Assembly (NCBI GenBank): GCA_013815785.1
Contig: JACDFO010000001.1
Location: 2,973 to 50,120, forward strand
DNA from: Candidatus Saccharimonadota bacterium
GTDB taxonomy: Bacteria; Patescibacteriota; Saccharimonadia; Saccharimonadales; JACDFO01
Direction of reading: 5' to 3'
Length of the DNA stretch: 47,148 nucleotides
Shown: one piece after another, positions 7,873-18,093 of the stretch
How positions within the stretch are numbered: position 1 is the stretch's first letter
How the letters are laid out: the number at the start of each line of letters is the position of its first letter
The notes under the pieces: generated by a model
What the model was told of the DNA's origin: nothing
What the model saw: the letters and a program-made list of their open reading frames with translations, nothing else
Databases searched by the model: none
Translations under genes and position numbers: made by a program

Positions 7873-9525
7873 ATGGGCACCACAAAAACAGACCTTACAA
7901 AACTTCTTAAAGGTGAAGTTCACGACAGTCGGCGAATCCGCGAGGAATTCAGTCATGATGCCAGTATGTTCGAATTGGTGCCAGAACTCGTCGTTGCTCC
8001 AAAAGACAGTGAAGATATTCAGAATTTGGTGCGCTACGTATCCATGCATAAATCTAAAAATCCTGGACTTTCGTTAACCGCACGCAGCGCAGGTACCGAT
8101 ATGAGCGGCGGGGCAATCAATGAGTCGATAATTATCGATATGAAAAAGCATTTTAATAAAATATTTTCGGCAGACAGCGGGAGTGCACACGCACAGCCAG
8201 GGGTGTACTATCGTGATTTTGAGATAGAAACACTTAAGCATGGTTCGCTCATGCCATCTTTTCCTGCAAGTCGCGATTTGTGTACTATCGGCGGCATGGT
8301 TGCCAATAATTCCGGTGGCGAAAAGTCCTTGCAATATGGTAAAACTGAAAAGTTTGTTACTGAGCTTAAGGTAATTTTTGCAGACGGTAATGAGTACATC
8401 GTAAGGCCACTAAACGAAAAAGAATTAAAAGCAAAGTTTCGACAGCATGATTTTGAAGGTAAGGTGTACCGTGATGTCTATAAGCTAGTTGATGAAAATT
8501 ATGCAGCAATTAAAGCGGCTAAACCTAATGTTAGTAAGGATTCCACAGGCTACCATTTATGGAATATCTGGGACCGACAAAATGGTATTTTTGATCTCAC
8601 GCAAGCGATTATTGGTTCGCAGGGAACTCTAGGAATTGTGACAGACATAACATTCAAGCTTGTGCCAGCACCCAAACACTCTGGAACGCTTGTGATTTTT
8701 TTGCGTGCTATGGATAATCTGGGCGATCTTATAAAAAAAGTCATGACCTTCAAACCAGCCACTTTCGAAGGTTTTGACAACTACACGCTGATGCTAAGTT
8801 TTAAATTATTTTTTTTCTTTCATCAAAAACTTGGCTGGTGGGGTATGGCTAAACTCGGTATTCAGTTGATACCTAGCGCACTCATGTTATTCAGGGGAAT
8901 TCCTAAGATGGTGTTACTGGTTGAATTTAATGGTGAAACCGCCGAAGAAGTTGCCCAAAAAGTCCATTATTGTCGGCAAGGGCTTGGAAAATATGCCAAA
9001 AAGGCGCTTTTTGAAGAAGATGGTAGCGAAGCCAAGGCACGAAAGTTTTGGATTATGCGCCGCGAAAGCTTTAGCTTGCTCCGACAAAAGGTCAAAGATA
9101 AGCATACTGCACCGTTTATTGATGACTTAGTTGTAAACCCTGAATACTTGCCACAATTTTTGCCAGAACTACGGGAAATACTGGGTCGTTACAAACTGCT
9201 GGCCACAATTGCAGGCCACATGGGCGATGGAAACTTTCATGTAATTCCACTTATGAAAATTGAAGAAACTTTGGAAAGAATAAAGATTGCACCTGCTATG
9301 CGTGAGGTTAACGAGCTTGTTATGAAATATCATGGAAGTTTAAGTGGCGAACATAATGACGGTATGTCGCGAGGACCGTGGCTGCACCAAATGTATAGTC
9401 CAGAAATAATGGCTTATTTTAAATCAGTAAAGCAAACCTTCGATCCTCAAAATATTTTTAATCCGCATAAAAAAACCGATTCGAGCTGGGAATACTCAAT
9501 GTCTAAAATTAGAACCCATTTTTAA
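7873..9525 (+). CDS. FAD-binding oxidoreductase (GlcD / D-lactate dehydrogenase family)
   Basis: PCMH-type FAD-domain pattern (LTARSAGTDMSGGAI, IGGMVANNSGG). The C-terminal GSLSGEHNDGMSRG is typical of the GlcD family. ATG at 7873 is preferred; the track start at 7813 would overlap the divergent ndh start. Confidence 0.8.
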   Translation: MGTTKTDLTKLLKGEVHDSRRIREEFSHDASMFELVPELVVAPKDSEDIQNLVRYVSMHKSKNPGLSLTARSAGTDMSGGAINESIIIDMKKHFNKIFSADSGSAHAQPGVYYRDFEIETLKHGSLMPSFPASRDLCTIGGMVANNSGGEKSLQYGKTEKFVTELKVIFADGNEYIVRPLNEKELKAKFRQHDFEGKVYRDVYKLVDENYAAIKAAKPNVSKDSTGYHLWNIWDRQNGIFDLTQAIIGSQGTLGIVTDITFKLVPAPKHSGTLVIFLRAMDNLGDLIKKVMTFKPATFEGFDNYTLMLSFKLFFFFHQKLGWWGMAKLGIQLIPSALMLFRGIPKMVLLVEFNGETAEEVAQKVHYCRQGLGKYAKKALFEEDGSEAKARKFWIMRRESFSLLRQKVKDKHTAPFIDDLVVNPEYLPQFLPELREILGRYKLLATIAGHMGDGNFHVIPLMKIEETLERIKIAPAMREVNELVMKYHGSLSGEHNDGMSRGPWLHQMYSPEIMAYFKSVKQTFDPQNIFNPHKKTDSSWEYSMSKIRTHF

Positions 9526-9540
9526 GGTTTAAAGCCAATA

Positions 9541-10512
9541 CTAAAGTCTAGAATTAAACTGACCGACTTCGTAATTGTATCGATTTTTCAGTGAAGTACA
9601 ACGGGTTTGATCGGCCTCGATCTGACGTAAGATAAAAATATCTGATTGATCCCAGGTCTGGCGCTTGCGCAGTACAGTGTCTTGACACTGTTTATGCTGG
9701 TCTTTTAGTAAATTGATTGACTCCTTTTGATCTTGCATTTCGGCTGAGAGGTATCGAGGTTTGGTGGCAAAGACCGCAACGAGCAATCCGGTCATTACTA
9801 GGGCCATACTTCCAATAATTACTAAGCGCTTCTTATGTGTCTGGTGGGTGGTTCTTTGCGTACGAATGTATGGAACATATTGATTATCTGGCAGGTGGTT
9901 CCGGGTATTTTGTGCAATAACACTCGGTATTACGTATGGTTGCCATAAGCTAGGAACAACATTCCTGTCCTTGAAATAGTCTAAGCATTCGGCCACATAG
10001 TTGGTGCGCGCCATAGATCCTAAAACTGATGTTCGACTACCAAACCCATTCATAACTACAATACCAAGACCAAGGTAAATTGTGCCGAGGTCCGCGAGCT
10101 CTTCATTTTCCTGATCGTTACCTAAATCTAGCTTAGCGCGGCATATGAGCAAATGGTGCACAATGGCATGTGCTACAGATGCCCCACATATAAATGGATC
10201 TATTTGATTCACCCAACCAACCACAACTCGGGTAGAAGTTTTATGTACATCTACAGTAACAAGCTGATCCTGACTGGGGTCGATATGAAATGTGATACTG
10301 CGGTGTTTTATACCAAGCCATTTAAAGATACTGCCTGCCATGTGTTCAACATCTTCAGGGCCGGTAACTGCTTTATAAAAGGTTTCATCCGGTAAAAAAA
10401 CATCATGAGTGTGTCGATATTTTGCAAAAAGCTTATCAAGACTTACAACCTTATCGGTCTGAGTGAGTAAAGTAGTCCCCGGGTCTTCAGTGTGTGAATT
10501 AACGCAGTTCAT
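9541..10512 (-). CDS. Hypothetical single-pass membrane protein (323 aa)
   Basis: One TM segment (LVIIGSMALVMTGLLVAVFA) separates a 220-aa N-terminal domain from a Q/K-rich C-terminal helix. No motif recognised. Confidence 0.65.
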   Translation of the reverse strand: MNCVNSHTEDPGTTLLTQTDKVVSLDKLFAKYRHTHDVFLPDETFYKAVTGPEDVEHMAGSIFKWLGIKHRSITFHIDPSQDQLVTVDVHKTSTRVVVGWVNQIDPFICGASVAHAIVHHLLICRAKLDLGNDQENEELADLGTIYLGLGIVVMNGFGSRTSVLGSMARTNYVAECLDYFKDRNVVPSLWQPYVIPSVIAQNTRNHLPDNQYVPYIRTQRTTHQTHKKRLVIIGSMALVMTGLLVAVFATKPRYLSAEMQDQKESINLLKDQHKQCQDTVLRKRQTWDQSDIFILRQIEADQTRCTSLKNRYNYEVGQFNSRL

Positions 10513-10524
10513 AAGCCTACATCA

Positions 10525-11094
10525 TCACGATGAACGTGGCTGAACTGAACGAACAACTACCCAAAGCAAGGCAGAAAATATAAAGAAACAAGCGCCGTAG
10601 AAAAAAAGGTCGCCATACAATTCCACTTTGTAGCCCTCGCTGGGATTGTCGGTAAAATATTTGATAGCTGCATACGAGTACACACCGACACAGAGTGAAG
10701 CTGTCGCAAATAGCGCACTCCGGCTAAGTATAACTCCTGATACTATTATCGGAATAGCAAATAACGCCACACCACGACTTGCCATGCCCCGGCCACTATA
10801 AACGCTGTAACCAGCCACCATAATGTCCATTAATACGAGCACCAGAATAAGTGAACGATAGACAGTTGCAGTTCGCGCACTATTACGAGCTATGAACCAG
10901 ATAGTCGTGGTCGTAATCAGCATAGCGACTGCCACACTCCAGCGCTGAAGCAATGCTTGTGATGTTATCAGTTTCCAAGCGTCGTACGCTATTACAGATG
11001 CTGCAAAGGTAAATACATATACAAAATGCAGACGAGCTATACGAACAGTGTTGGTTTGTAACCAACTCATCCGTTTGACTGTTTGTTTGGGCAT
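10525..11094 (-). CDS. Hypothetical polytopic membrane protein (189 aa)
   Basis: About 5-6 hydrophobic segments. Lies 47 nt downstream of typA on the same strand. Confidence 0.65.
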   Translation of the reverse strand: MPKQTVKRMSWLQTNTVRIARLHFVYVFTFAASVIAYDAWKLITSQALLQRWSVAVAMLITTTTIWFIARNSARTATVYRSLILVLVLMDIMVAGYSVYSGRGMASRGVALFAIPIIVSGVILSRSALFATASLCVGVYSYAAIKYFTDNPSEGYKVELYGDLFFYGACFFIFSALLWVVVRSVQPRSS

Positions 11095-11141
11095 GTAAAG
11101 ATTGAACCATAACCATTACACTTCTGTAAAGGGTAGACAGC

Positions 11142-12962
11142 TTACTTGTTCGTGCGTTTTCGTTTGTTTGGATTTAACTCTTTTTTCCGAAGACGCAAAG
11201 ATTTTGGGGTTACTTCAAGCAGTTCATCGTTTTCGATAAAGTCTAAACACTCTTCCAGGCTAAAAATTGTGGCTGGCGTCAACTGGACGACACCGTCAGA
11301 AGATGAGCTACGCATGTTTGTCAGCTGTTTTTCTCGAACGATATTGATTTCCATGTCCTCATTGCGTTTATTAAGGCCTATAATCTGTCCGGCATATACC
11401 TTTGTGCCAGGTTCGACAAAACATACCCCACGCTCACCAGCAGTTTGAAGCGAATATGGCGTAGCTACTCCACCCTCGTACGCAATTAGTACTCCGTTGC
11501 GAAGCTGTTTGAGTTCAGCGCCAAGCGGTTGATAACCGTCAGATAAACTATTCATAATAATCGTGCCGCGAGTCGTAGTAAGCAGTATGTTCCGCATACC
11601 TAGGGAAGCTCGCGTACTCAGACGATAAATCAGCTTGGTAGCGCCGGTACTAGTACTAAATTGTTCACTTAGTTCAGCTCGTCGTTTACCAAGTTCCATT
11701 TGTACAGCACCGACATGCTCGGCTGGTACCTCAATAATAAGTTCTTCGACAGGTTCTTCTACTACACCGTCGTGAGTTTGAGTTACCACTTGTGGCCGTC
11801 CGACTTCAAATTCATAACCTTCGCGCCTCATTGATTCAATAAGAACACTTAAGTGCAGCTCACCGCGGCCAGATACAACGTAGCCGATATCGGCAGGCTT
11901 AACTCGCAAACCAATATTTATTTCGAGTTCCTTTTGAAGTCGATCGCCAATTTGTCGTGATGTGCTGAACTCGGCCTCTTGGCCTTTGAGTGGACTCGTA
12001 TTTGGTCCCATATATATTTGTAAAGTTGGTGCTTCAACTTCAAGTACTGGTAATGCTTCTGGTTCGTTGGCATCAGCAATAGTTTCACCAATTTTTGCGT
12101 CTGCTACACCAGTTAGGCTTACTAGGTCGCCAGCAATTCCTTCTGGAATTTCAATTTTAGCCAGGCCACGGCTTTCGTAGATTTTTTCTACTTTTGCTTT
12201 TACCATTGAACCGTCTTTTTTACATAAAGTAACAGGCTGACCAGGTTTAATGCTGCCCCGGCTTATACGACCGACAGCGTATTTACCTTGGAAATTATCG
12301 CGTGATAAAGCCGTAACTAACATTTGAAACGGCAAGTCAGGTTCTACATTAGGCGCAGGCACTGCACTTACAATTGCTTCAAAAACCGGTTCTAAATTGC
12401 CAGCTGCGGTCGTGCCACCCGGAATATTTGCCCACGCTTTGCCTTCGCGGCCGATGGCATAATAAACTGGATAGTGCAATTGATCTTCGTGCACAGCTAG
12501 TTCTAGGAATAAATCTGCAAGCTCGTCTTCGACTTCTTTTAGGCGTCTACCATCTTTATCAATCTTATTGATTACGACAATTGGTTTGAGGCCAAGAGCT
12601 AAAGCTTTTGTAAGCACAAATTTAGTCTGAGGCATTGGGCCTTCCTGGGCGTCCACAATCAGCAGACAACCATCCGCCATATTGAGCGTACGTTCTACTT
12701 CGCCACTGAAGTCGGCGTGTCCTGGTGTGTCGATAATATTAATGCGATAGTCTTGCCAATGCACGGCAGTCAGTTTGGCGGTAATGGTAATGCCACGTTC
12801 GCGCTCTTGATCACCACTGTCCATCAGTAATACCTGGCTCATCTCTGCCTGATTATCACGAAACGTGTTGGACTGTTTTAGAAGTCCATCAACTAAGGTA
12901 GTTTTACCATGGTCAACGTGGGCGATTACAGCAATGTTTCGGATTTTATCAGGAGTATGCAT
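11142..12962 (-). CDS. typA: Translational GTPase TypA/BipA
   Basis: G motifs [17 protein letters not shown] and NKID. EF-G-like domain order, 606 aa. Confidence 0.95.
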   Translation of the reverse strand: MHTPDKIRNIAVIAHVDHGKTTLVDGLLKQSNTFRDNQAEMSQVLLMDSGDQERERGITITAKLTAVHWQDYRINIIDTPGHADFSGEVERTLNMADGCLLIVDAQEGPMPQTKFVLTKALALGLKPIVVINKIDKDGRRLKEVEDELADLFLELAVHEDQLHYPVYYAIGREGKAWANIPGGTTAAGNLEPVFEAIVSAVPAPNVEPDLPFQMLVTALSRDNFQGKYAVGRISRGSIKPGQPVTLCKKDGSMVKAKVEKIYESRGLAKIEIPEGIAGDLVSLTGVADAKIGETIADANEPEALPVLEVEAPTLQIYMGPNTSPLKGQEAEFSTSRQIGDRLQKELEINIGLRVKPADIGYVVSGRGELHLSVLIESMRREGYEFEVGRPQVVTQTHDGVVEEPVEELIIEVPAEHVGAVQMELGKRRAELSEQFSTSTGATKLIYRLSTRASLGMRNILLTTTRGTIIMNSLSDGYQPLGAELKQLRNGVLIAYEGGVATPYSLQTAGERGVCFVEPGTKVYAGQIIGLNKRNEDMEINIVREKQLTNMRSSSSDGVVQLTPATIFSLEECLDFIENDELLEVTPKSLRLRKKELNPNKRKRTNK

Positions 12963-12978
12963 GCTAAACGTATCTCTT

Positions 12979-14172
12979 TTAGTATTTTTCTATGAATGTT
13001 AATGCATGGCCCATGCGTCCAGCACGACCAGCACGACCAATGCGGTGCACGTAGTCATCATATGAACTTGGCGTGGAGTAGTTAATAACGTGGGTAATAT
13101 CTGGCACATCTATGCCTCGTGCAGCAACGTCAGTTGCAACTAGAACGGTTATTTCATTCTTTTTAAATTTTTGTAGTGCGCGTTGACGTTGACCTTGTGA
13201 CTTACCGCCATGGATAGCATCTGAATGAAAACCACGAGCTAAAAGCTCATCACTTAAACGTTCAACACTACGCTGTGTATCGTCAAAAACTAACATTTTA
13301 GAGTTTTGACCACTTATGAGCAGTTCATGAAGTTTCTCGATCTTATCTGATTTTGAATTAAATGTAACAATATTTTGCTCGACACTATCAACTGTTTCAC
13401 TTGTCTTAACAGATATAGTTATAGGGTCGTGTGAAAATTCCTGTATAAGACCGCGAACACGAGCGTCTAAAGTAGCCGAGAAAAAGAATGACTGTCTATC
13501 TCGGTGTAGCTTTTCTAGGATGAAACGAACATCGGGTAAAAAGCCCATATCGAGCATGCGATCGAATTCGTCAAGCACGATAGTATTGAAGCTAGAAAGG
13601 TTAAGAGTGTTTCGTTCGATGTGATCTTTGATTCGCCCTGGAGTACCAATTACAATACGAGCTCCGGCACGTAAGTCACGTAGCTGTGGTCCCATAGAAG
13701 ATCCACCAATAAGAATTGCTCCGGTTAAGCCACTTCCACGGCCGATTACACGACATTGTTCCTCAATTTGCTGTGCTAGTTCACGGGTAGGTGCAAGTAT
13801 AAGCGCCCTGGATTGTTTGTCGGTCAAAAGCTTATGAAGCATTGGAATCGCAAACGCAAGCGTTTTACCAGTACCAGTGTTGGCGATACCCACAACGTCT
13901 TTGCCTGCAAGCCCAGCAGGAATTGCCTGGTCTTGGATAGGAGAAGGGGTGAGTATGTTGCTGATTTTTAAGTTGGTTTTTAACAGCTCATTTACATCAA
14001 AATCGGCAAATGAGTTTGTTGGTACATAATCCTCGATTTCAACAGCACGGGCTGCTTTAATAAAACGCGAAGGGTGAATGTTTTCTTTTTTTGGACCGCG
14101 CTTAGGGCTGCTTGAACCCGAAAAGCGTGCGCGACCATATGATGGCCGGCGATTGGTAGATTGATAAGACAT
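12979..14172 (-). CDS. DEAD-box ATP-dependent RNA helicase (motif II reads DEFD)
   Basis: Q motif (PSPIQ), ANTGTGKT, PTRELA, TPGR, DEFD, SAT, ARGID and HRIGRAGRAG. ATG at 14172 has AAGGA 10 nt upstream; the track start is 14220. Confidence 0.9.
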   Translation of the reverse strand: MSYQSTNRRPSYGRARFSGSSSPKRGPKKENIHPSRFIKAARAVEIEDYVPTNSFADFDVNELLKTNLKISNILTPSPIQDQAIPAGLAGKDVVGIANTGTGKTLAFAIPMLHKLLTDKQSRALILAPTRELAQQIEEQCRVIGRGSGLTGAILIGGSSMGPQLRDLRAGARIVIGTPGRIKDHIERNTLNLSSFNTIVLDEFDRMLDMGFLPDVRFILEKLHRDRQSFFFSATLDARVRGLIQEFSHDPITISVKTSETVDSVEQNIVTFNSKSDKIEKLHELLISGQNSKMLVFDDTQRSVERLSDELLARGFHSDAIHGGKSQGQRQRALQKFKKNEITVLVATDVAARGIDVPDITHVINYSTPSSYDDYVHRIGRAGRAGRMGHALTFIEKY

Positions 14173-14322
14173 AAAAATAGAATCCTTTATATTTTGTTGA
14201 TTAGTAATGTCGATTGCCATTGAATGAAATCGAGGAATTAACTAAAACCTAACAAAACCCGGATTCATTTAAACAATACTGCTATTTTAGCATAAGTATA
14301 AAATAAACGCAACTGTATTTAG

Positions 14323-14422
14323 ACCTGTGTCTCAAAACCTCACAAAAACACTCGGTCATTTGCAACAGCAAATAACCTGTCAAAAATTTCCAGTGTTTTC
14401 TTAGAGCTACTGAGACACAGGT
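14323..14422. repeat. Nested inverted repeat (about 100-nt hairpin-forming element) between a hypothetical gene and the helicase
   Basis: The outer arms are ACCTGTGTCTCA (14323-14334) and TGAGACACAGGT (14411-14422). The inner arms are AAAACACT (14345-14352) and AGTGTTTT (14392-14399). Confidence 0.6.
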
Positions 14423-14431
14423 ACTAGAGTT

Positions 14432-14818
14432 TTAAGCTGATCTTCCTCTTGATAGTTTTCGGATAGCAGGGCTGGGAGACCGTGCAGGTAAACTTATACT
14501 TTTGGCAGTTAATCTTTCTGTACTTTGCTGCATATATTCTTCGTCATAAAGTGGAATGCCTCGTGACTCTAGTACTTGCATTAATTCGTTGTGTTCAGTT
14601 TGTGCGTCTGCTATTTCGGCTTCAAAATGCGGATCAAGATACATAGCCACACAAGCCAAATGGGCAATTTTCAGCCGTAGCTGTAAATCATGTAATTCTT
14701 CTGGCGGAATATGTGCTGCTGGTGTTACTTCAGGACGTTTGGGCATGAAACTAATTATGTCACTGAAGATAATAAATGCAAACAGAGACTTAGATATCGT
14801 ACTTAGTCGGAACTCCAC
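14432..14818 (-). CDS. Hypothetical protein (start uncertain: GTG 14818 or ATG 14746)
   Basis: ORF with no recognisable motif and no clear RBS at either candidate start. Confidence 0.45.
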   Translation of the reverse strand: MEFRLSTISKSLFAFIIFSDIISFMPKRPEVTPAAHIPPEELHDLQLRLKIAHLACVAMYLDPHFEAEIADAQTEHNELMQVLESRGIPLYDEEYMQQSTERLTAKSISLPARSPSPAIRKLSRGRSA

Positions 14819-14940
14819 TAGATAACTCTGGCTGGCTGGCTGTCATTTGGTGTATAGGGCTCATCATTGTTTCAGTGCCAATTACGTCGTATCTATTCAA
14901 GCGTCGTTCTTCGAGCTGAATTTTCTGTCATGCGCCGGTC

Positions 14941-16176
14941 TCAGCTTTTAATATATTTGATTGCAGCATGCGGGATTGATGTTATGGGTCTTAAACGGGT
15001 TGAGTCAAAAACTTCTGCCCATGGGTTTTGTTGACCCAATATCAAATCGCGCAGTATATTGCCCGCCACCATACTTGTACTTAAGCCCCATTTTTTAAAA
15101 CCGGTCGCGGTGTACATATGTTTAGACCATGGATACATTTTTCCTATTAGCGGCAATTCATCATATGCTAAATAGTCCATAGCCTTCCATTTGTATGAAA
15201 TTGATGAAATTCCAAAATGCTCTTGGGCGTAATTCGCTAACTTCTTGAATCTTTTAGATGGACTACCAAGACCTGGAATGTGTTTTTCACCGCCAATCAG
15301 TAATAGTTGTTGATTGCCGTCAGTCACGGGCAACAAAGAGTAGTGTCCTTTATCCGGTGAGATATACATACCCTTCATTGGTGAATCTAATTTTCCTGCA
15401 ACAATGTATGAAGTCTGCGGATATTCTACAATTGCACAGGCAGCGCGGGCTATGAGTGGAGCAGTGGGCATTTTTGTGGCAACTATAATATTTTTTGCCG
15501 TTATTGTGGCATGGCCCGACTTAACCTGGCATGGACTACCATCACTAATGCCTGTAGCGTTACTATGCTCAAACACGTAGCTACCTGACCCATTTACCGC
15601 GGCTGCGAGCCCTTTTGTGTAGTTTGGTGCGTGGAATTTAGCTTGGTTCGCAAACTTGACTGCTGCTTTAATCTTAAAAGGGAGAGGTAGCTGGTCTTCA
15701 AAGCTTGCAGGTAAGCCGAGGTCTAGGGCAACCTTTGCCTCAGACTTAAACTTTTCTATATTTTTGGATTGAGCTGTGTATACGTAGTTATCTTCTGTCT
15801 CCCATTGGCAGGCTATTTTTTCCTTGGTAATAATATACGCAATTTGTTTCAGGGCTGCCTGATTAGATTCGGCATATATAAGTGCGGTTTTTTTGCCGAG
15901 TCGCTCGCTTAGCTCGGCGTACATGAGGCCGTGCTGGGAAGTAACTTTGCCCGTAGTCCCGCCAGTCGTGCCACTACCTATGGTGTTTTTTTCGAGTACT
16001 GCGACAGTTTGTCCGGATTCTTTGAGCAAATATGCTGCCGTCAACCCCGTTATACCGCCTCCGATAATAACTGTATCAACTTCTATATCATGCTCTATAA
16101 CTGGATAAGATGATTTTGAAATCGTGTCTTTCCAGTATGAATGTTCGTCGTCGGGTAATTTCAGCATATGTACCAT
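14941..16176 (-). CDS. FAD-dependent oxidoreductase (DAO / glycine-oxidase-like family)
   Basis: N-terminal Rossmann motif VIIGGGITGLTAAYLLKESGQTVAVLEK. 411 aa. Confidence 0.8.
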   Translation of the reverse strand: MVHMLKLPDDEHSYWKDTISKSSYPVIEHDIEVDTVIIGGGITGLTAAYLLKESGQTVAVLEKNTIGSGTTGGTTGKVTSQHGLMYAELSERLGKKTALIYAESNQAALKQIAYIITKEKIACQWETEDNYVYTAQSKNIEKFKSEAKVALDLGLPASFEDQLPLPFKIKAAVKFANQAKFHAPNYTKGLAAAVNGSGSYVFEHSNATGISDGSPCQVKSGHATITAKNIIVATKMPTAPLIARAACAIVEYPQTSYIVAGKLDSPMKGMYISPDKGHYSLLPVTDGNQQLLLIGGEKHIPGLGSPSKRFKKLANYAQEHFGISSISYKWKAMDYLAYDELPLIGKMYPWSKHMYTATGFKKWGLSTSMVAGNILRDLILGQQNPWAEVFDSTRLRPITSIPHAAIKYIKS

Positions 16177-16344
16177 TTTAGTGGGCTAACAGCGTACAAC
16201 ATATAAGATTTATCTCATATGTGTGAAATCTATGCACACGAGTATCGAAAAACTATGTATTTAGGACTCCCGTGGATGTATAATTTTGTTTAAGGACCTT
16301 TCGGGTATATGTCCGGGGTTTAAACTTTAAACAAGGGGGCAGAA

Positions 16345-16725
16345 ATGTTAAAGCAACTATCGATGGCGGTGGGGGTGGTATTTCTATTAATTGGAATACT
16401 TGGTTTTGTTCCGGGCGTAACTAACGACCAAGACTTATTACTAGGAATCTTTCTAGTAGGTTTGTTACAGAACCTCATTCACATTGTAGGTGGTGTAGCG
16501 GCAATTTTGGCTGCCAAAAGCGAGGATCTGTCACAGATGTATTTTAGAGTTTTTGGTGTGGTTTACGCGGTCATTGCATTAATAGGCGTCGTACAGGGAA
16601 ATACTGTGCTTGGTTTGTTCGATATAAATGCGGCAGAAAACATCTTACACGTAGCAATTGCAGTAGCGTTCTTGGCTATAGGTTTTGGTGTTCCAAAGTC
16701 AACCGAAACACGAACAACAGTTTAG
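16345..16725 (+). CDS. DUF4383-like small membrane protein
   Basis: Four TM segments with a repeated N..(I/L)H pattern (LLQNLIHIVGG and AAENILHVAIA). AAGGGGG RBS upstream. Confidence 0.6.
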   Translation: MLKQLSMAVGVVFLLIGILGFVPGVTNDQDLLLGIFLVGLLQNLIHIVGGVAAILAAKSEDLSQMYFRVFGVVYAVIALIGVVQGNTVLGLFDINAAENILHVAIAVAFLAIGFGVPKSTETRTTV

Positions 16726-16748
16726 TTAAAATACAAATTAGATATCAT

Positions 16749-16784
16749 ATGAGTCCTGCCAAAACCGTGGGACTCATTTGTTTT
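16749..16784. terminator. Rho-independent terminator after the DUF4383 gene (possibly bidirectional)
   Basis: ATGAGTCC (16749-16756) pairs with GGACTCAT (16770-16777), followed by TTGTTTT. Confidence 0.65.
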
Positions 16785-16935
16785 GATGGTGATTGGTGTC
16801 TTTGTAACTTTGTCCGTGGCCATGACCGGTAGATAGGCTGACAAATGACAGTAGAAGTACAACTGCTGCCAAGCCGAGAATGGCCAGCATTCTAAATTTG
16901 TCTTCATGTCCGATAATTTGCTTAATACAATTCAT
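16774..16935 (-). CDS. Possible 53-aa membrane peptide with a His-rich tail (below the track cutoff)
   Basis: Translation is MNCIKQIIGHEDKFRMLAILGLAAVVLLLSFVSLSTGHGHGQSYKDTNHHQNK. One TM segment. The stop lies inside the terminator hairpin. No clear RBS. Confidence 0.3.
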   Translation of the reverse strand: MNCIKQIIGHEDKFRMLAILGLAAVVLLLSFVSLSTGHGHGQSYKDTNHHQNK

Positions 16936-16991
16936 GTTAACTAAAGTCTAGCATAGAGCAGGAACGGGTTCAGCTTGTACATAATGGTATC

Positions 16992-17540
16992 CTAGCGCTC
17001 ATGAATTCTAACCGAATGGGCCAGCAAGCTGCCGAAACCGATTGCCCCGATAGCCTGGGCAGAAAATAATACGCGCGCAACTTCTAGGGCGGTGAGAACG
17101 CCTAACCCCAGACTTACCAATTGGACCGCCAGGCATATTTTGCTAAATCGGTCTAAGTCGTTAAGTTTTGCTAACCAAAATCCTAAACCTAGTTGGAAAA
17201 ACAGCAAACCAAATGCGATGACGATATGTATATTTTCGAATAGTACATTGAGTTTATAGGGGTAGGTGCTCAGTACGAGTAATCCATAACCAATACCCAG
17301 CATTACTAACACTCTTTTTAATTTGGCTAATGTAATGGCAGTTGCAGCTCTCGTAAGTAAAATCGCACATATCCAAAAACCGATACTAAACACGACGAAT
17401 GTATTGCTCATCGTGCCATAGTTACTGACTCCGCCCTGATTTTCGCTAAACAGAACCTCAGGAGAAATTAATACACAGATAAAAATGCTAACTAGTAACG
17501 CCAGCTGACTAAACAAGGTATAACGCGAGGCGGCTTTCAT
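16992..17540 (-). CDS. Hypothetical polytopic membrane protein
   Basis: Hydrophobic throughout (about 6 TM segments). ATG at 17540 is preferred over the track's TTG at 17564. Confidence 0.65.
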   Translation of the reverse strand: MKAASRYTLFSQLALLVSIFICVLISPEVLFSENQGGVSNYGTMSNTFVVFSIGFWICAILLTRAATAITLAKLKRVLVMLGIGYGLLVLSTYPYKLNVLFENIHIVIAFGLLFFQLGLGFWLAKLNDLDRFSKICLAVQLVSLGLGVLTALEVARVLFSAQAIGAIGFGSLLAHSVRIHER

Positions 17541-17773
17541 GCAAACAGTATACTCATGTATCAAAACAAAACAGTATAAGTATAGACTTTTACTGTTTGC
17601 AAAAGCTCAGTTCTATTATGAAACTATAATTAAACGTGATAAACTTTAACAAGCAAGTGGTTACTAACTCTCTTCGTTGTCATATTTAGTTCTTCAAAGG
17701 CTGATTATCATCTACGGTTAGAAGATATAGGCGCTCGCTAAGAGTTATAAGTTAACAGAAGGACAAAATTATT

Positions 17774-18034
17774 ATGGCAATGAAACTTTACGTAGGCGGT
17801 TTAGCTTACAGCGTTACAGAACAAGAATTAGAAGCATTATTTGCAGAGCAAGGCAAAGTGCTGAGTGCTGTAGTTATTAAAGATCGAGATAGTGGACAGT
17901 CTAAAGGCTTCGGCTTCGTAGAAATGGAAGACGATAAGGCCGGAGAGACCGCAATACAGGAACTGAACGGTAAGGATGTAAGCGGCCGCTCAATCGTAGT
18001 TAACCAAGCTCGTCCGCAAGAAGACCGACGCTAA
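17774..18034 (+). CDS. RRM-type RNA-binding protein
   Basis: RNP-2 (KLYVGGL) and RNP-1 (KGFGFVEM) motifs. 86 aa. Confidence 0.9.
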   Translation: MAMKLYVGGLAYSVTEQELEALFAEQGKVLSAVVIKDRDSGQSKGFGFVEMEDDKAGETAIQELNGKDVSGRSIVVNQARPQEDRR

Positions 18035-18093
18035 GCCACATACCTCTTTTGGTAAATAATAAAACATAGGGCTTGAGTGCTCAAGTCCGTTAA

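Noticed and set aside
14828-14842. Tetranucleotide repeat (CTGG) x3.75 just upstream of the 14432-14818 ORF
   Set aside because: It is too short to argue for slipped-strand phase variation. It is probably chance.
16722-16907. 61-aa minus-strand track ORF
   Set aside because: It is rich in Trp, Cys and Tyr and runs through the terminator hairpin. An alternative 53-codon frame looks more plausible, and even that one is weak.
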